Part shown: piece by piece, positions 41,482 to 51,112 of the stretch | Layout: the number at the start of each line of letters is the position of its first letter | Numbering within the stretch: position 1 is the first letter of the stretch | Assembly (NCBI GenBank): GCA_049968235.1 | Contig: JBMFRC010000022.1 | Location: 1 to 54,313 of the forward strand | Source: Candidatus Hydrogenedens sp. | Lineage (GTDB): Bacteria; Hydrogenedentota; Hydrogenedentia; Hydrogenedentales; Hydrogenedentaceae | Direction: 5' to 3' | Length of the DNA: 54,313 bases | Notes under the pieces: model-generated | What the model was told of the DNA's origin: nothing | The model's input: the letters and a program-made list of their open reading frames with translations, nothing else | Databases searched by the model: none | Program-made: the position numbers and the translations under genes

Positions 41482-42090
41482 ATGGAAGAAATCATCATTC
41501 GAGAATACCTCGATGAAGACAGAGAAGAGTGGCTAAAAGTTCATGCTTTAATAATGACTATTTCACATGCGTGGAATTTTGTTATTCAAGAACGACCTAC
41601 TTATGAAGGACATCAGAGTACACGATTGGTCGCTATTTGTGATAATAAAATTATCGGATTAACAGACGTTCAATACGAAAATGAACCGGGTGAACTCTGC
41701 TGGAATAAGGATAGTCTGGGAGGTTATGTTCTTGAGTTTGGAAGACTTCCTGAATATAAAGGTAGAAACATTGGTAAACAATTAATTGATGCTACAGTAC
41801 AGGATGCCATCAAAAAAGGTTTTCATCGTTTGGAATACTGGAGTCAGGACCGAAATGCGCAGAGATTCTATCGCCGAGTGGGAATGAAAGAAATTGGGCG
41901 ATATTATCGATTTTATATCAAACCTCCCAAAGACCTGGCAGATTCCTTTGCACAAAAAGGAATTGCAGTTGATTGTCTTTATGGAGGGTGTCTGCCTGAG
42001 GAATGGGCAAATGTACAGCAAGAGTTTGAAGTTATCTACAAACATCCACAGGAACCACACCTTTGTATAGGTTTTGAAATACGATTTTAA
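41482..42090 (+). CDS. GNAT-family N-acetyltransferase
   Basis: RNIGKQLIDATVQDAIKKGFHRLEY is the acetyl-CoA-binding motif A region (R/Q-x-x-G-x-G/A). Confidence 0.7.
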   Translation: MEEIIIREYLDEDREEWLKVHALIMTISHAWNFVIQERPTYEGHQSTRLVAICDNKIIGLTDVQYENEPGELCWNKDSLGGYVLEFGRLPEYKGRNIGKQLIDATVQDAIKKGFHRLEYWSQDRNAQRFYRRVGMKEIGRYYRFYIKPPKDLADSFAQKGIAVDCLYGGCLPEEWANVQQEFEVIYKHPQEPHLCIGFEIRF

Positions 42091-42107
42091 ATGGAGGAAA
42101 ATAGAAG

Positions 42108-43466
42108 ATGATTAAAAAAGAGTTTGCTATGTTTTTAATAATGTTGTTTATGTCCTTTAACTATCTCTATGCAGAAGAAGGAGTTTTTGCAGGGGCTTCT
42201 ACTATGGATATTACACCAGAGCCAGGCAAAGAAATGCCTGGCGGTTTTAAAAAAGCATTTTCTAAGGGAGTACATGACCCATTAGAACTTAACACACTGG
42301 TCCTGAAAAATGAAAATATGGCTATTGCTATTGTGTCTATTGATTCCTTATTCATTCCGGGAGATATTGTTGCAGGAGTTCGAGCGAAAATTAAAGAGAA
42401 AATCCCTTTACTACCCCAAAATATTATCATTTCCGCATCACATACCCATCATGGAGGTCCCATAGTGGATGTCTTCTCATCTGAACGCAACCCTGAATAT
42501 TGTACTATGGTAGAAATGAAAATAGTAGAAAGTATTCTAACAGCGTGGAATAATCTTACAAAGGCAAGAATAGGTTTTACAAAAGGTGAGCAAGAAGGTA
42601 TTGCTTTCAACCGCCGATTTTATATGAAAGATGGAACAGTTGTAACACATCCGGGGCGTAAAAATCCTCAAATTATCGCACCAGCAGGACCTATAGACCC
42701 AGAAGTATTATCTATGTTTATTACAAAAGAAGATGGAACCTTATTAAGTGCTGTTGTTAATTATGCCTTACATGGGACGGTTTTCAGTGGCTCATTCTAT
42801 TCTGCTGATTATGTTTATCATCTTCGCGATTTTTTAAGAAAACAATGGGGTCAATCTATTCCTATTGCCTTTCTGAATGGTGCCTGTGGAGATGTTACGC
42901 AGGTAAATAACTTACGGGAAGAAGAATCGGTGGAATCGGGTCCGGAATGGTCTAAACGAATAGGGGAAACCCTTGCATGTAAAGTGTATCAACTTTATTT
43001 ATGGACAAAATATCAAGATACAGTGACAATAGATGCTACTACGGAAACTATCCGTGTTGCTTTTCGTAATTTAGATGAAGAAAGGTTTCAGGTGAAAGCA
43101 GGATTGGGCTCTGGCCAATCTGAAATATATCAGAGAGAAATCCAATTATTAAAAGAGATGAAAGAGCGTATGGGAGGTAATGTTGATGTTGAAATTACTG
43201 CTATGAGAATTGGGGATTTAGCAATTGTAAGTAATCCTACAGAATTATTTTGCCGGTTAGGTCTGGATATTAAAAAATCATCGCTGGCAAAATATACCAT
43301 GATTGCTGAAATTTCAAACGGCTATACCGGTTACTGTCCAACGCCGGAAGCCTTTGACGAAGGGGGATATGAAATACTAACCGCTCGCAGTAGTTTTATG
43401 GAACCCAATGCAGGAATAAAAATTGTACAAACTTCAAGGAAATTATTATCTAAGTTGTTTAATTAA
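42108..43466 (+). CDS. secreted hydrolase, neutral/alkaline ceramidase-like (tentative)
   Basis: Signal peptide, then GASTMDITPEPGKEMPGGF... and SASHTHHGGP, which resemble the N-terminal domain of neutral ceramidases. Confidence 0.45.
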   Translation: MIKKEFAMFLIMLFMSFNYLYAEEGVFAGASTMDITPEPGKEMPGGFKKAFSKGVHDPLELNTLVLKNENMAIAIVSIDSLFIPGDIVAGVRAKIKEKIPLLPQNIIISASHTHHGGPIVDVFSSERNPEYCTMVEMKIVESILTAWNNLTKARIGFTKGEQEGIAFNRRFYMKDGTVVTHPGRKNPQIIAPAGPIDPEVLSMFITKEDGTLLSAVVNYALHGTVFSGSFYSADYVYHLRDFLRKQWGQSIPIAFLNGACGDVTQVNNLREEESVESGPEWSKRIGETLACKVYQLYLWTKYQDTVTIDATTETIRVAFRNLDEERFQVKAGLGSGQSEIYQREIQLLKEMKERMGGNVDVEITAMRIGDLAIVSNPTELFCRLGLDIKKSSLAKYTMIAEISNGYTGYCPTPEAFDEGGYEILTARSSFMEPNAGIKIVQTSRKLLSKLFN

Positions 43467-43501
43467 AATGTTTTTTGTTAGATAGGTCAGATGTGTTGGA
43501 C

Positions 43502-45124
43502 CTAAATAATTTTTATTAAGGAGGGGTCGTATTCTTCTGGTGGTTTATATCCCAAAAGATTACAAAGTGTTCCTGCTACATTACTTAAGCCGGGATTTTG
43601 TACGCCACTTAAGTGAAAGCAATTTTTCTGAGAAAAGTCCTTAATGATAAACGGAACGGGATTTAATGTATGGGCTACATGAGGTTCACGCTTACCTTTT
43701 TTTTCTGTGAAAAGTAGGTCTGCATTCCCGTGGTCTGCAGTTACTACCAGGACACCTTCTACCGCTTTAACTGCATTGTAAATTCTTGTAAGGCATAAAT
43801 CTACCGTTTCTACGGCAATACGAATCGCAGGGGCTATCCCTGTATGTCCTACCATATCACCATTCGCAAAATTCAATCGTATAAATTTATAATTCCCTGC
43901 TTCAATCTGCCTCAGTACGGCATCTGTTATCTCTCCTGCTTTCATCCATGGTCTCTGCTGAAATGGCACCTGGTCCGATGTAATCTCCTCAAATAATTCT
44001 AAGTTCGCGTCCACATAACCCGACTTATTTCCATTCCAGAAATAGGTTACATGTCCAAACTTTTGTGTTTCAGATATTGCATAACTCTTTACGCCCGAGG
44101 CACAAAGATATTCACTAATTGTCCCCTCAATCAATGGCGGTTCTACTAAAAAATTCTTCGGAATAAATTTATCCCCATCATATTGTGTCATTCCCGCATA
44201 AAAGACATTCGGTCGTCGTTTGCGGTCAAAATAGGGAAAATGCTCCTCTTCAAATGCACGCGATAATTCTATTGCGCGGTCTCCGCGAAAATTGAAGAAA
44301 ATAACTGCATCCCCATCCTCTATTGTCCCTACGGGTTGACCGTTTTTGACAATTACAAATTCACCTAAAAATTGGTCATTTACAGTAGGGTCCTGATAAT
44401 AAAATTCTACCGCTTCTTTCGCCGATGAAAACTGTTTCCCTTCACCTAAAACATGAGCCTTCCAGCCACGCTCTACGATACGCCAATCCGCTTCATATCG
44501 ATCCATCGTTACCAGCATTCTACCTCCACCTGACGCAATACAATAATCCAATCCACTTTGATTGCACTCTGCTAATACCTGTTCCAATTGCTCTATATAT
44601 ATCAGAGCGCTTCGTTCTGCTACATCTCTTCCGTCTGTTAATATATGAACACGCAGTTTTGGAACGCGTTCTTCAGCACAATGTTTGATAATTGCCAGTA
44701 ACTGGTTTATATGGCTGTGTACATTTCCATCTGATAACAAACCAATAAAATGTAAAGTTCCTCCTTCACGAACTCGCTCCATAATACTTTGCCATGCCTT
44801 GCCCTGATAAATTCTTCCTTCCGCTATGGATTCATTTACAAGCCGTGCTCCCTGTGCGAAAACACGACCTGCTCCCAGGGTATTATGTCCTACCTCTGAA
44901 TTTCCCATGTCATCATCACTGGGTTGACCTACCGCTGTCCCATGTGCCTTTAATTTCGTGAATAACGGTTCTTCAAATAATATGTCCAGCATGGGTGTAT
45001 TTGCCATATACACGCCATCACTTTCATCGCGTTTTCCTATACCTATACCATCCATGATAACCAGAACCAGTGGACCCGGATAGGGTGTGTAGTTATCTAA
45101 TTTTTCTAAAGTACGAACTTGCAT
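43502..45124 (-). CDS. gpmI: 2,3-bisphosphoglycerate-independent phosphoglycerate mutase
   Basis: PLVLVIMDGIGIG, catalytic Ser region, ADHGNAD; 540 aa. Confidence 0.9.
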   Translation of the reverse strand: MQVRTLEKLDNYTPYPGPLVLVIMDGIGIGKRDESDGVYMANTPMLDILFEEPLFTKLKAHGTAVGQPSDDDMGNSEVGHNTLGAGRVFAQGARLVNESIAEGRIYQGKAWQSIMERVREGGTLHFIGLLSDGNVHSHINQLLAIIKHCAEERVPKLRVHILTDGRDVAERSALIYIEQLEQVLAECNQSGLDYCIASGGGRMLVTMDRYEADWRIVERGWKAHVLGEGKQFSSAKEAVEFYYQDPTVNDQFLGEFVIVKNGQPVGTIEDGDAVIFFNFRGDRAIELSRAFEEEHFPYFDRKRRPNVFYAGMTQYDGDKFIPKNFLVEPPLIEGTISEYLCASGVKSYAISETQKFGHVTYFWNGNKSGYVDANLELFEEITSDQVPFQQRPWMKAGEITDAVLRQIEAGNYKFIRLNFANGDMVGHTGIAPAIRIAVETVDLCLTRIYNAVKAVEGVLVVTADHGNADLLFTEKKGKREPHVAHTLNPVPFIIKDFSQKNCFHLSGVQNPGLSNVAGTLCNLLGYKPPEEYDPSLIKII

Positions 45125-45223
45125 AAAGAAATCCTTTTTTATTGAAACATTATTAAAATTAAAAAAAGTCCCGAAACAATAATCAAAAAGAAAGTGACAA
45201 TTATAATATAGAGTAATAAAAAA

Positions 45224-45802
45224 TTAACTGATATCCACCCCTACTTTTGCGAGTGCTTTGCGGAGGTCATCGGGAGTAAAAGGCTTTTGCAGTAGAATTG
45301 CTGCTCCCAATTCTAATACACGATTTGCTACTTCTCCTTGATAATAGCCTGTCATGGCTATAATATGAATATGTGAAGTTTCTGGGTTTGTTTTAATTCT
45401 TCGTGTAACCTCAAAGCCATCAAGCCCCGGCAATCGCAAATCAAGAAAGATAATATCCGGCTGGAATGTTGCAACCATCTGTCCTGCATCAAATCCATCC
45501 ATTGCCATCTCAATCTGGAACGGCGTCTGTGCCCTTTCCAGAAATCTACGAATAACAGAAATCACCGCCTTCTCATCATCCACCACAAGTATTTTTACTC
45601 CCGCATTACCTAAATCTTCATGGATAGGCATATTATTCTCTCGCAGAAAACGGAGCAAATCATCTCGGCGGATTCGGCGATGTCCACCTGGTGTTTTGAA
45701 AACACGTATTTTGCCTGCTTCTGCCCATTTACGAATTGTATCTGCCGTAACATGACAATATTTTGCTACATCGGATGTGCTGTAAGAAAGTCTTGATTCC
45801 AT
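45224..45802 (-). CDS. response regulator with N-terminal excisionase/MerR-type HTH and C-terminal receiver domain
   Basis: YSTSDVAKYCHVTADTIRKWAEAGKIRVFKTPGGHRRI (HTH_17-like), then KILVVDDEKAV...IIFLDLRLPGLDG...K (REC with phospho-acceptor Asp). Confidence 0.8.
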   Translation of the reverse strand: MESRLSYSTSDVAKYCHVTADTIRKWAEAGKIRVFKTPGGHRRIRRDDLLRFLRENNMPIHEDLGNAGVKILVVDDEKAVISVIRRFLERAQTPFQIEMAMDGFDAGQMVATFQPDIIFLDLRLPGLDGFEVTRRIKTNPETSHIHIIAMTGYYQGEVANRVLELGAAILLQKPFTPDDLRKALAKVGVDIS

Positions 45803-45967
45803 ATCGTTTCCTATCCTTTGTTTTGATTGAATTTATTGAAAATTTTATAAATTATACTTATATAGATTGGTTTTTTTCAACTTTTAAATATTCTGTTAAA
45901 AAATATTTTTAATTGATATTTCGATAATTCATTTTATTATAGAATGTTCAGGATGGAATATAGAAAA

Positions 45968-46043
45968 TGGAGCTGGAACGGGGAATCGAACCCCGGACCT
46001 GGTCATTACGAGTGACCCGCTCTACCGACTGAGCTATTCCAGC
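45968..46043 (-). tRNA. tRNA-Thr (anticodon CGT)
   Basis: The minus-strand 76-nt sequence GCTGGAATAGCTCAGTCGGTAGAGCGGGTCACTCGTAATGACCAGGTCCGGGGTTCGATTCCCCGTTCCAGCTCCA folds as a cloverleaf (7-bp acceptor stem, GTTCGATTC T-loop, anticodon loop CTCGTAA) with an encoded CCA. Confidence 0.9.
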
Positions 46044-46111
46044 ATACCACAATGTAGGCACTTTTTCTTACAATGTTTTGTTCTGTTCCCATTTAGACCT
46101 TGGAATAAAAA

Positions 46112-46187
<76 letters not shown>

Positions 46188-46435
46188 AACCGAAAAAAAT
46201 TATATCAAATTCAACCCATCATTTCAACTTATGCTTTATTTCCTATCTTTCTATATCCTCATTTAAATTTAAATACTATTCCGCAGATATGATTTCTCTA
46301 CTTCATTTTTACTTAAAATTTTAAAAATTTCGTTATTTGATAATATTGGATGTTTTCTAAATTGATTATCTCTAAATTGTTTATTTTTTATCTTGCGTGA
46401 TAATGATTATGCTTTATATTCCTTTATAAAAATAA

Positions 46436-46467
46436 ATAGAGGAAAATCCCGAAAGATTTTCCTCTAT
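46436..46467 (-). terminator. Rho-independent terminator of htrA (minus strand)
   Basis: Perfect 13-bp stem ATAGAGGAAAATC / GATTTTCCTCTAT with a 6-nt loop, 22 bp after the htrA stop. It is followed on the minus strand by the T-rich tract ATTTATTTTTAT. Confidence 0.6.
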
Positions 46468-46489
46468 TATCACGGATAGAAAGTATATC

Positions 46490-48034
46490 TTAGTTCGTTG
46501 GAATTACTATATAGTATTCAGAACCTTTTTCATTTTTTAATTTAAGCAGGATACTATCCTTACCGCTATTTTTCTTCAAGGCATCCTCAAATTCATTTAC
46601 ATCTTTAACAGGAATACGATTGACCTCTTTAATGATAGTTCCTTCTTGAACACCACGTAATTGGGCAGGAGAACCCGGTTCTACTTCAGTTACCAATACA
46701 CCTTCACCCTCTTTATAACCGAATTGTTTTGCAAGGTCTGTGGTTAAGTTCTGAACAGAAATTCCTAATTCAACTTTTTTCCCTTCTTCAGTTGTTACAG
46801 ATACACTACCTTCTGTGGGTTTTTTGCCTACATCCACTTGAATTTCCATCTTCTCACCATTACGAATGAGAACTAAACTGACACGGGAACCCGGTTTTGT
46901 TGAGGCAACCCGATTTCGTAATGAGGGAGCATCTGTTACAGGGAAGCCGTTAAATTCAATGATAACATCATCTTTCTTAATGCCAGCTTTTTCTGCGGGA
47001 GAGTCTTTTTGCACTTCGGTTACCACGGCACCTTGTGTATCTTTAACCCCGAGCCATTCTCCTAATTTGGGGTCGAGATTTTGTATTCCGATACCTAAAA
47101 ATCCGCGTTCAACGCCTCCTGTATCCCGTAATTGATTAACAACATATTGTACCATGTTTATGGGAATAGCAAAACCGACGCCCATATAACCCGGTGCCAT
47201 ACGATTTGTTGAGAATATGGCGGTGTTCATTCCAATGACTTCACCATCTAAATTAATCAATGGCCCACCTGAATTACCCGGATTAATTGCTGCATCCGTT
47301 TGAATAAAATCTGCATAATCTACAATATTCAGGTTTCCTCTCCCTTTGGCACTGACAATACCTGCTGTTACTGTATGTTCTAATCCGAACGGATTCCCTA
47401 TGGCTATAACCCATTCGCCTACTTTAATCTTGTCAGAATTCCCTAAGGCTAATGGTTTTAATCCATTAGCATCAATTTTGATTAATGCAACATCGGTTTC
47501 GGGGTCAGAGCCTATTTTTTTAGCAACATATTCTTTACCATCACTTAATTTAACAGTTACTTTATCTGCTTTCTCTACAACGTGATTATTGGTGACGATA
47601 TATCCGTCTTGTGAAATAATAAAGCCAGAACCTGCCCCGATGGGTAGATTGCGTTTCTTTTCTGTATCAGGTTTTGGGGGTTGTTTTCTCCTGGGCTGTT
47701 GCCACATATCTTCATCATCGAAGAATCGGAAAAAGAAATCAAACGGAGAGTCAAAAGGCGACTGAAAAGGACTCATAGCAGAGACTTCTTTCTCAATGGA
47801 AATAGAAACTACACCATCGGAAGTCTTTTCTGCTATCTGAGCAAATGCTTCACCTAAACTTTTTGCCGCTTCTATCCCGGAAGCGGTATTACTCTGAGCA
47901 GATACTTTAGGAAGTTCAAGAATACTTCCTTTCGTAGAATGATTTGTTCCATAATAATAGCCAAATACAAACCCAGCAAATACCAATGCTATAATTAATG
48001 GAACTACTTTACGCAATTTAGTAAACATATACAT
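46490..48034 (-). CDS. htrA: periplasmic serine endoprotease DegP/HtrA family (trypsin-like domain + 2 PDZ)
   Basis: Signal/TM N-terminus, catalytic triad motifs (TNNHVV; DVALIKI; GNSGGPL), and two PDZ-like C-terminal repeats. Confidence 0.9.
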   Translation of the reverse strand: MYMFTKLRKVVPLIIALVFAGFVFGYYYGTNHSTKGSILELPKVSAQSNTASGIEAAKSLGEAFAQIAEKTSDGVVSISIEKEVSAMSPFQSPFDSPFDFFFRFFDDEDMWQQPRRKQPPKPDTEKKRNLPIGAGSGFIISQDGYIVTNNHVVEKADKVTVKLSDGKEYVAKKIGSDPETDVALIKIDANGLKPLALGNSDKIKVGEWVIAIGNPFGLEHTVTAGIVSAKGRGNLNIVDYADFIQTDAAINPGNSGGPLINLDGEVIGMNTAIFSTNRMAPGYMGVGFAIPINMVQYVVNQLRDTGGVERGFLGIGIQNLDPKLGEWLGVKDTQGAVVTEVQKDSPAEKAGIKKDDVIIEFNGFPVTDAPSLRNRVASTKPGSRVSLVLIRNGEKMEIQVDVGKKPTEGSVSVTTEEGKKVELGISVQNLTTDLAKQFGYKEGEGVLVTEVEPGSPAQLRGVQEGTIIKEVNRIPVKDVNEFEDALKKNSGKDSILLKLKNEKGSEYYIVIPTN

Positions 48035-48126
48035 TCTCCTTTTTTACTGATTAAGGTTTTAAAATCACTTACTAAAACGAAGGAGAGTAAAATAGAGTTA
48101 ACTAAAATAAATTATATAAATTTCAA

Positions 48127-49497
48127 TCACCCGTAAATAATGCCTAATGGTGGGTATTCCTTCCATTTTCCTCGCGTAAAGTCCGGAAAATCTTGAGGTG
48201 TACCGCGTTGGGCGACAGACCGTTCACTTAATTCTGAAACCACACTCCATGAGGCCGCATCGTAAACATTCAAATCTGTAGGTAAACCTTTGCGGAGACA
48301 TTCAATTAAACGGAAATCCTCAATGAAATCCATTCCACCATGTCCGGCTCCTTTGGCAGAATCCTGCATCGCTTTCCATAAAGGATGTTCCCACTCATTT
48401 GTATAATTCTCCAGAGGCTCAAATTTCTCCTCTTTTGTTAACCCTTCTACGAAAATACGCGGAGGATAATCCATAATGACGCCTTTTGTTCCCTGTACCG
48501 TATTAATTCGGCTGTAAGGACGAGGCAAATTTGTGTCATGCACGATGTATATTGTACATCCATTATAAGTTTTTATAATGCTTAAGTTCACATCCCCTAA
48601 CACATATTTTTCATTTCTACGGGGGTCATCCTCAGGTAGCGTTTTTTGGTATTCTTGGAGGCCTCGAGATTTGCTACTAACAGAAACTAAATACTCAAAC
48701 TGATCTCCGCGATTGATGTTCATATATTGAGCTACGGGTCCCAATCCATGTGTGGGATATAGATTTCCGTTTCGTTTCATCGAATGAGCACGACGCCAGA
48801 GCCCTTCTCCGTCCTTGCTGAATTTTACGCCTCTTAAATCATGTAAATAACCGCATTCTCCATGAATAATCTCGCCTAGCAGTCCCTTGCGGACCATGTG
48901 GAGCATCATTAATTCCGTTCGATTATAGCAACAATTCTCCATCATAACGCAGTGTTTCTTATACTTCTCTGCAGTTTCGACCAATTGCCAGCATTCCTCC
49001 AATGTTACTGCTGCAGGCACTTCCGTCGCTGCATGTTTACCATTTTCCATCGCAGAAACACACACAGGAACATGCCATTCCCATGGTGTTGCTGTGTAAA
49101 CTAAATCTAATTCTTCTGTTTCACACATTTTTTTAAAATCCAATTCCCCATTTGAATAACATGTGGGTTCTGGCTGTCCCGCATCTACAACCATCTTTTT
49201 TACGCGTTCTACTTTTTCAGGAACAATATCACAAACAGCTTTCAGTTGCACACCCTCTATCTTCAATAAATTCCTTACATGATTGGTGCCCATACCTCCT
49301 ACACCAACAAATCCGATGCGAACCGTTTTCATTGGAGGAGCGGAGAAGAGTTCTGCTGGGGCAGGGGCGGTGCGAATGGAATTTGTTGAAGGTTGATTTT
49401 GTGCAGAGCCTTTCATCGCAAATATCATTGATGCGACACCAGAAAGCGATAAAAACGACCTCCGCGAGAATTCAAAATGTGTGGTATCTTTTTTCAT
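48127..49497 (-). CDS. Gfo/Idh/MocA-family NAD-dependent oxidoreductase with twin-arginine signal (GH109-like)
   Basis: Tat motif SRRSFLSLSGVASM; Rossmann motif IGFVGVGGMGTNHV; family-typical EKP and C-terminal domain. Confidence 0.8.
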   Translation of the reverse strand: MKKDTTHFEFSRRSFLSLSGVASMIFAMKGSAQNQPSTNSIRTAPAPAELFSAPPMKTVRIGFVGVGGMGTNHVRNLLKIEGVQLKAVCDIVPEKVERVKKMVVDAGQPEPTCYSNGELDFKKMCETEELDLVYTATPWEWHVPVCVSAMENGKHAATEVPAAVTLEECWQLVETAEKYKKHCVMMENCCYNRTELMMLHMVRKGLLGEIIHGECGYLHDLRGVKFSKDGEGLWRRAHSMKRNGNLYPTHGLGPVAQYMNINRGDQFEYLVSVSSKSRGLQEYQKTLPEDDPRRNEKYVLGDVNLSIIKTYNGCTIYIVHDTNLPRPYSRINTVQGTKGVIMDYPPRIFVEGLTKEEKFEPLENYTNEWEHPLWKAMQDSAKGAGHGGMDFIEDFRLIECLRKGLPTDLNVYDAASWSVVSELSERSVAQRGTPQDFPDFTRGKWKEYPPLGIIYG

Positions 49498-49619
49498 ATT
49501 CCTTGTTCCTTAAAATTTAGTTTAATGATGTTTTTGCTTATTTGTTTGTGAAATTAATAATATACTGTCATAAACATTAAACTTTATTTAAATACAAAAA
49601 ATCAAAAAAGGAAGGAATT

Positions 49620-50036
49620 ATGGATGCTTACTTATTTATTTGCCTCGGAACAAGAGATGTTCAAATAGAAAATTCCATTAATTTAGAAGGGGATTTGCAT
49701 AAAACTTTAGAAGAGTGTAAATATCCATGGAAAGAGAAAGATAAAAACTTTCGTGGGTTAAATGTTCGCAAATTGGGACATTGGTTATATGATAATTTTG
49801 ATAAAGTTAAAGAAATAATTAGAATACCATTAAGTGAACCATTTTTAAATCACATAGAAAATGAAAGTCATACTATAAAACAGATTTATCTTATCGCTAC
49901 GGACCAACAAAAAACAATTGAAGAAAGTGCAAAGGAACATTTAGAAAGAGATACCTGTATAATAGCAGATTTCTTAAAAGAAAAATTTTTCCCGTATTTC
50001 TTTACTAAAAAAAGATGCTTACCCTTCCCGATATAG
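49620..50036 (+). CDS. N-terminal part of a CARF-HEPN (Csm6/Csx1-like) protein. It is out of frame with the next ORF at an A7 tract (50007..50013).
   Basis: The first strand MDAYLFICLGTRDV resembles the CARF beta1 plus G[TS] motif. A 22-bp overlap with the next ORF and insertion of one A fuse the two frames (…FFTKK-K-MLTLPD…). Confidence 0.5.
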   Translation: MDAYLFICLGTRDVQIENSINLEGDLHKTLEECKYPWKEKDKNFRGLNVRKLGHWLYDNFDKVKEIIRIPLSEPFLNHIENESHTIKQIYLIATDQQKTIEESAKEHLERDTCIIADFLKEKFFPYFFTKKRCLPFPI

Positions 50037-51112
50037 TTACTATTACTCTCAATGATCCGCCCAATAGCTATGATTTAATGATAAAAGAATTTAGTGATAA
50101 GTTAGGGAAAATTTATGGAGATAATGAAAATCAATATTTAGTCTGTGCAGAAATTACAGGAGGGACCCCTCACATTAATACATCTATTATTTTAAATTGT
50201 ATCAAATTTTTTAGAAACAAAGTTACATTTATCTATAAACCTGAAAATTCAAACGACATTAGGTCTCTTAATATTGCCAAATATATATTAAGTTCATATG
50301 AACATGAAAATTTAAAACAACTTGTTGAAAGATATGATTTTGATGCAATTGTGCAGAATAAAAATTATTCAGACACAATCGGAAAGTTATCTTTATCTGC
50401 GTGCTATAGAGGAAACTTTGATTTTTTTTTTTATAAGAAAGAAATAGACAAAATGTATGATAATGTACCTAAAAATATGCTTGAGATATTAAGAAATGAT
50501 GCGTCTAAATTATGCGAAAAAGAACCCAATTCAATATTTAATGAACTTTACTGGAATACAGTAATTATGTGGAAGCGAGATGAGTGTGCAAATTTTATAG
50601 GAAGAGTCTGGAGGATTATGGAAGCATCTCTTCAATATTCATTGCTTGAAATTGTAGGATGTACATGGGATGAAATGAAGGAAAACTCAAATAAAAAAAC
50701 TTTTGAAAATAAATTTAGAAAGTGGGCAGAAGAAAATAAAGAGTTTTTAAAATATTTAGAAAAACAACAACATATTGCTCCTAATATGCCTATGCTTATT
50801 GCTTGTATCGATTTTCTTTCAGAGAGGGGACCGAACAGGGATAAATATAAAAATATTCAAAAGTGGGCGCAAAAACTGAGATCTTTTGCAACGATAAGAA
50901 ATAAATCAATTATAGCACATGGTTTTTGTGACATATCTAAGGAGATGATTAAGAATACCCTTGAAGATAAAGAAGAGGATATACTTATTATTGTTAGGTC
51001 ACTGATTGAAAGTGTAGGGATTCAATTGTCGGAGGAGAATCCATTTGATATTTTTAAAGAACTTTTAATAAATATTAATGAACAATATTTGAATGAAACT
51101 CTATATGTTTAA
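50015..51112 (+). CDS. C-terminal part of a CARF-HEPN (Csm6/Csx1-like) protein: CARF core motif plus C-terminal HEPN Rx4-6H motif
   Basis: LVCAEITGGTPHINTSIIL resembles the CARF D/N-x-T-G-G-T-K motif. ATIRNKSIIAHGF contains R-x6-H (HEPN Rx4-6H) about 65 aa from the C-terminus, as in Csm6. This gene looks visibly AT-richer than its neighbours. Confidence 0.5.
   Translation: MLTLPDIVTITLNDPPNSYDLMIKEFSDKLGKIYGDNENQYLVCAEITGGTPHINTSIILNCIKFFRNKVTFIYKPENSNDIRSLNIAKYILSSYEHENLKQLVERYDFDAIVQNKNYSDTIGKLSLSACYRGNFDFFFYKKEIDKMYDNVPKNMLEILRNDASKLCEKEPNSIFNELYWNTVIMWKRDECANFIGRVWRIMEASLQYSLLEIVGCTWDEMKENSNKKTFENKFRKWAEENKEFLKYLEKQQHIAPNMPMLIACIDFLSERGPNRDKYKNIQKWAQKLRSFATIRNKSIIAHGFCDISKEMIKNTLEDKEEDILIIVRSLIESVGIQLSEENPFDIFKELLININEQYLNETLYV

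Noticed and set aside
50001-50020. Programmed -1 ribosomal frameshift (dnaX-like A AAA AAG) joining the CARF and HEPN ORFs
   Set aside because: The heptamer in the zero frame is T AAA AAA AGA, not a canonical X XXY YYZ slippery site, and no obvious downstream stimulatory structure is seen. A mutation or sequencing error is more parsimonious, though slippage is not excluded.
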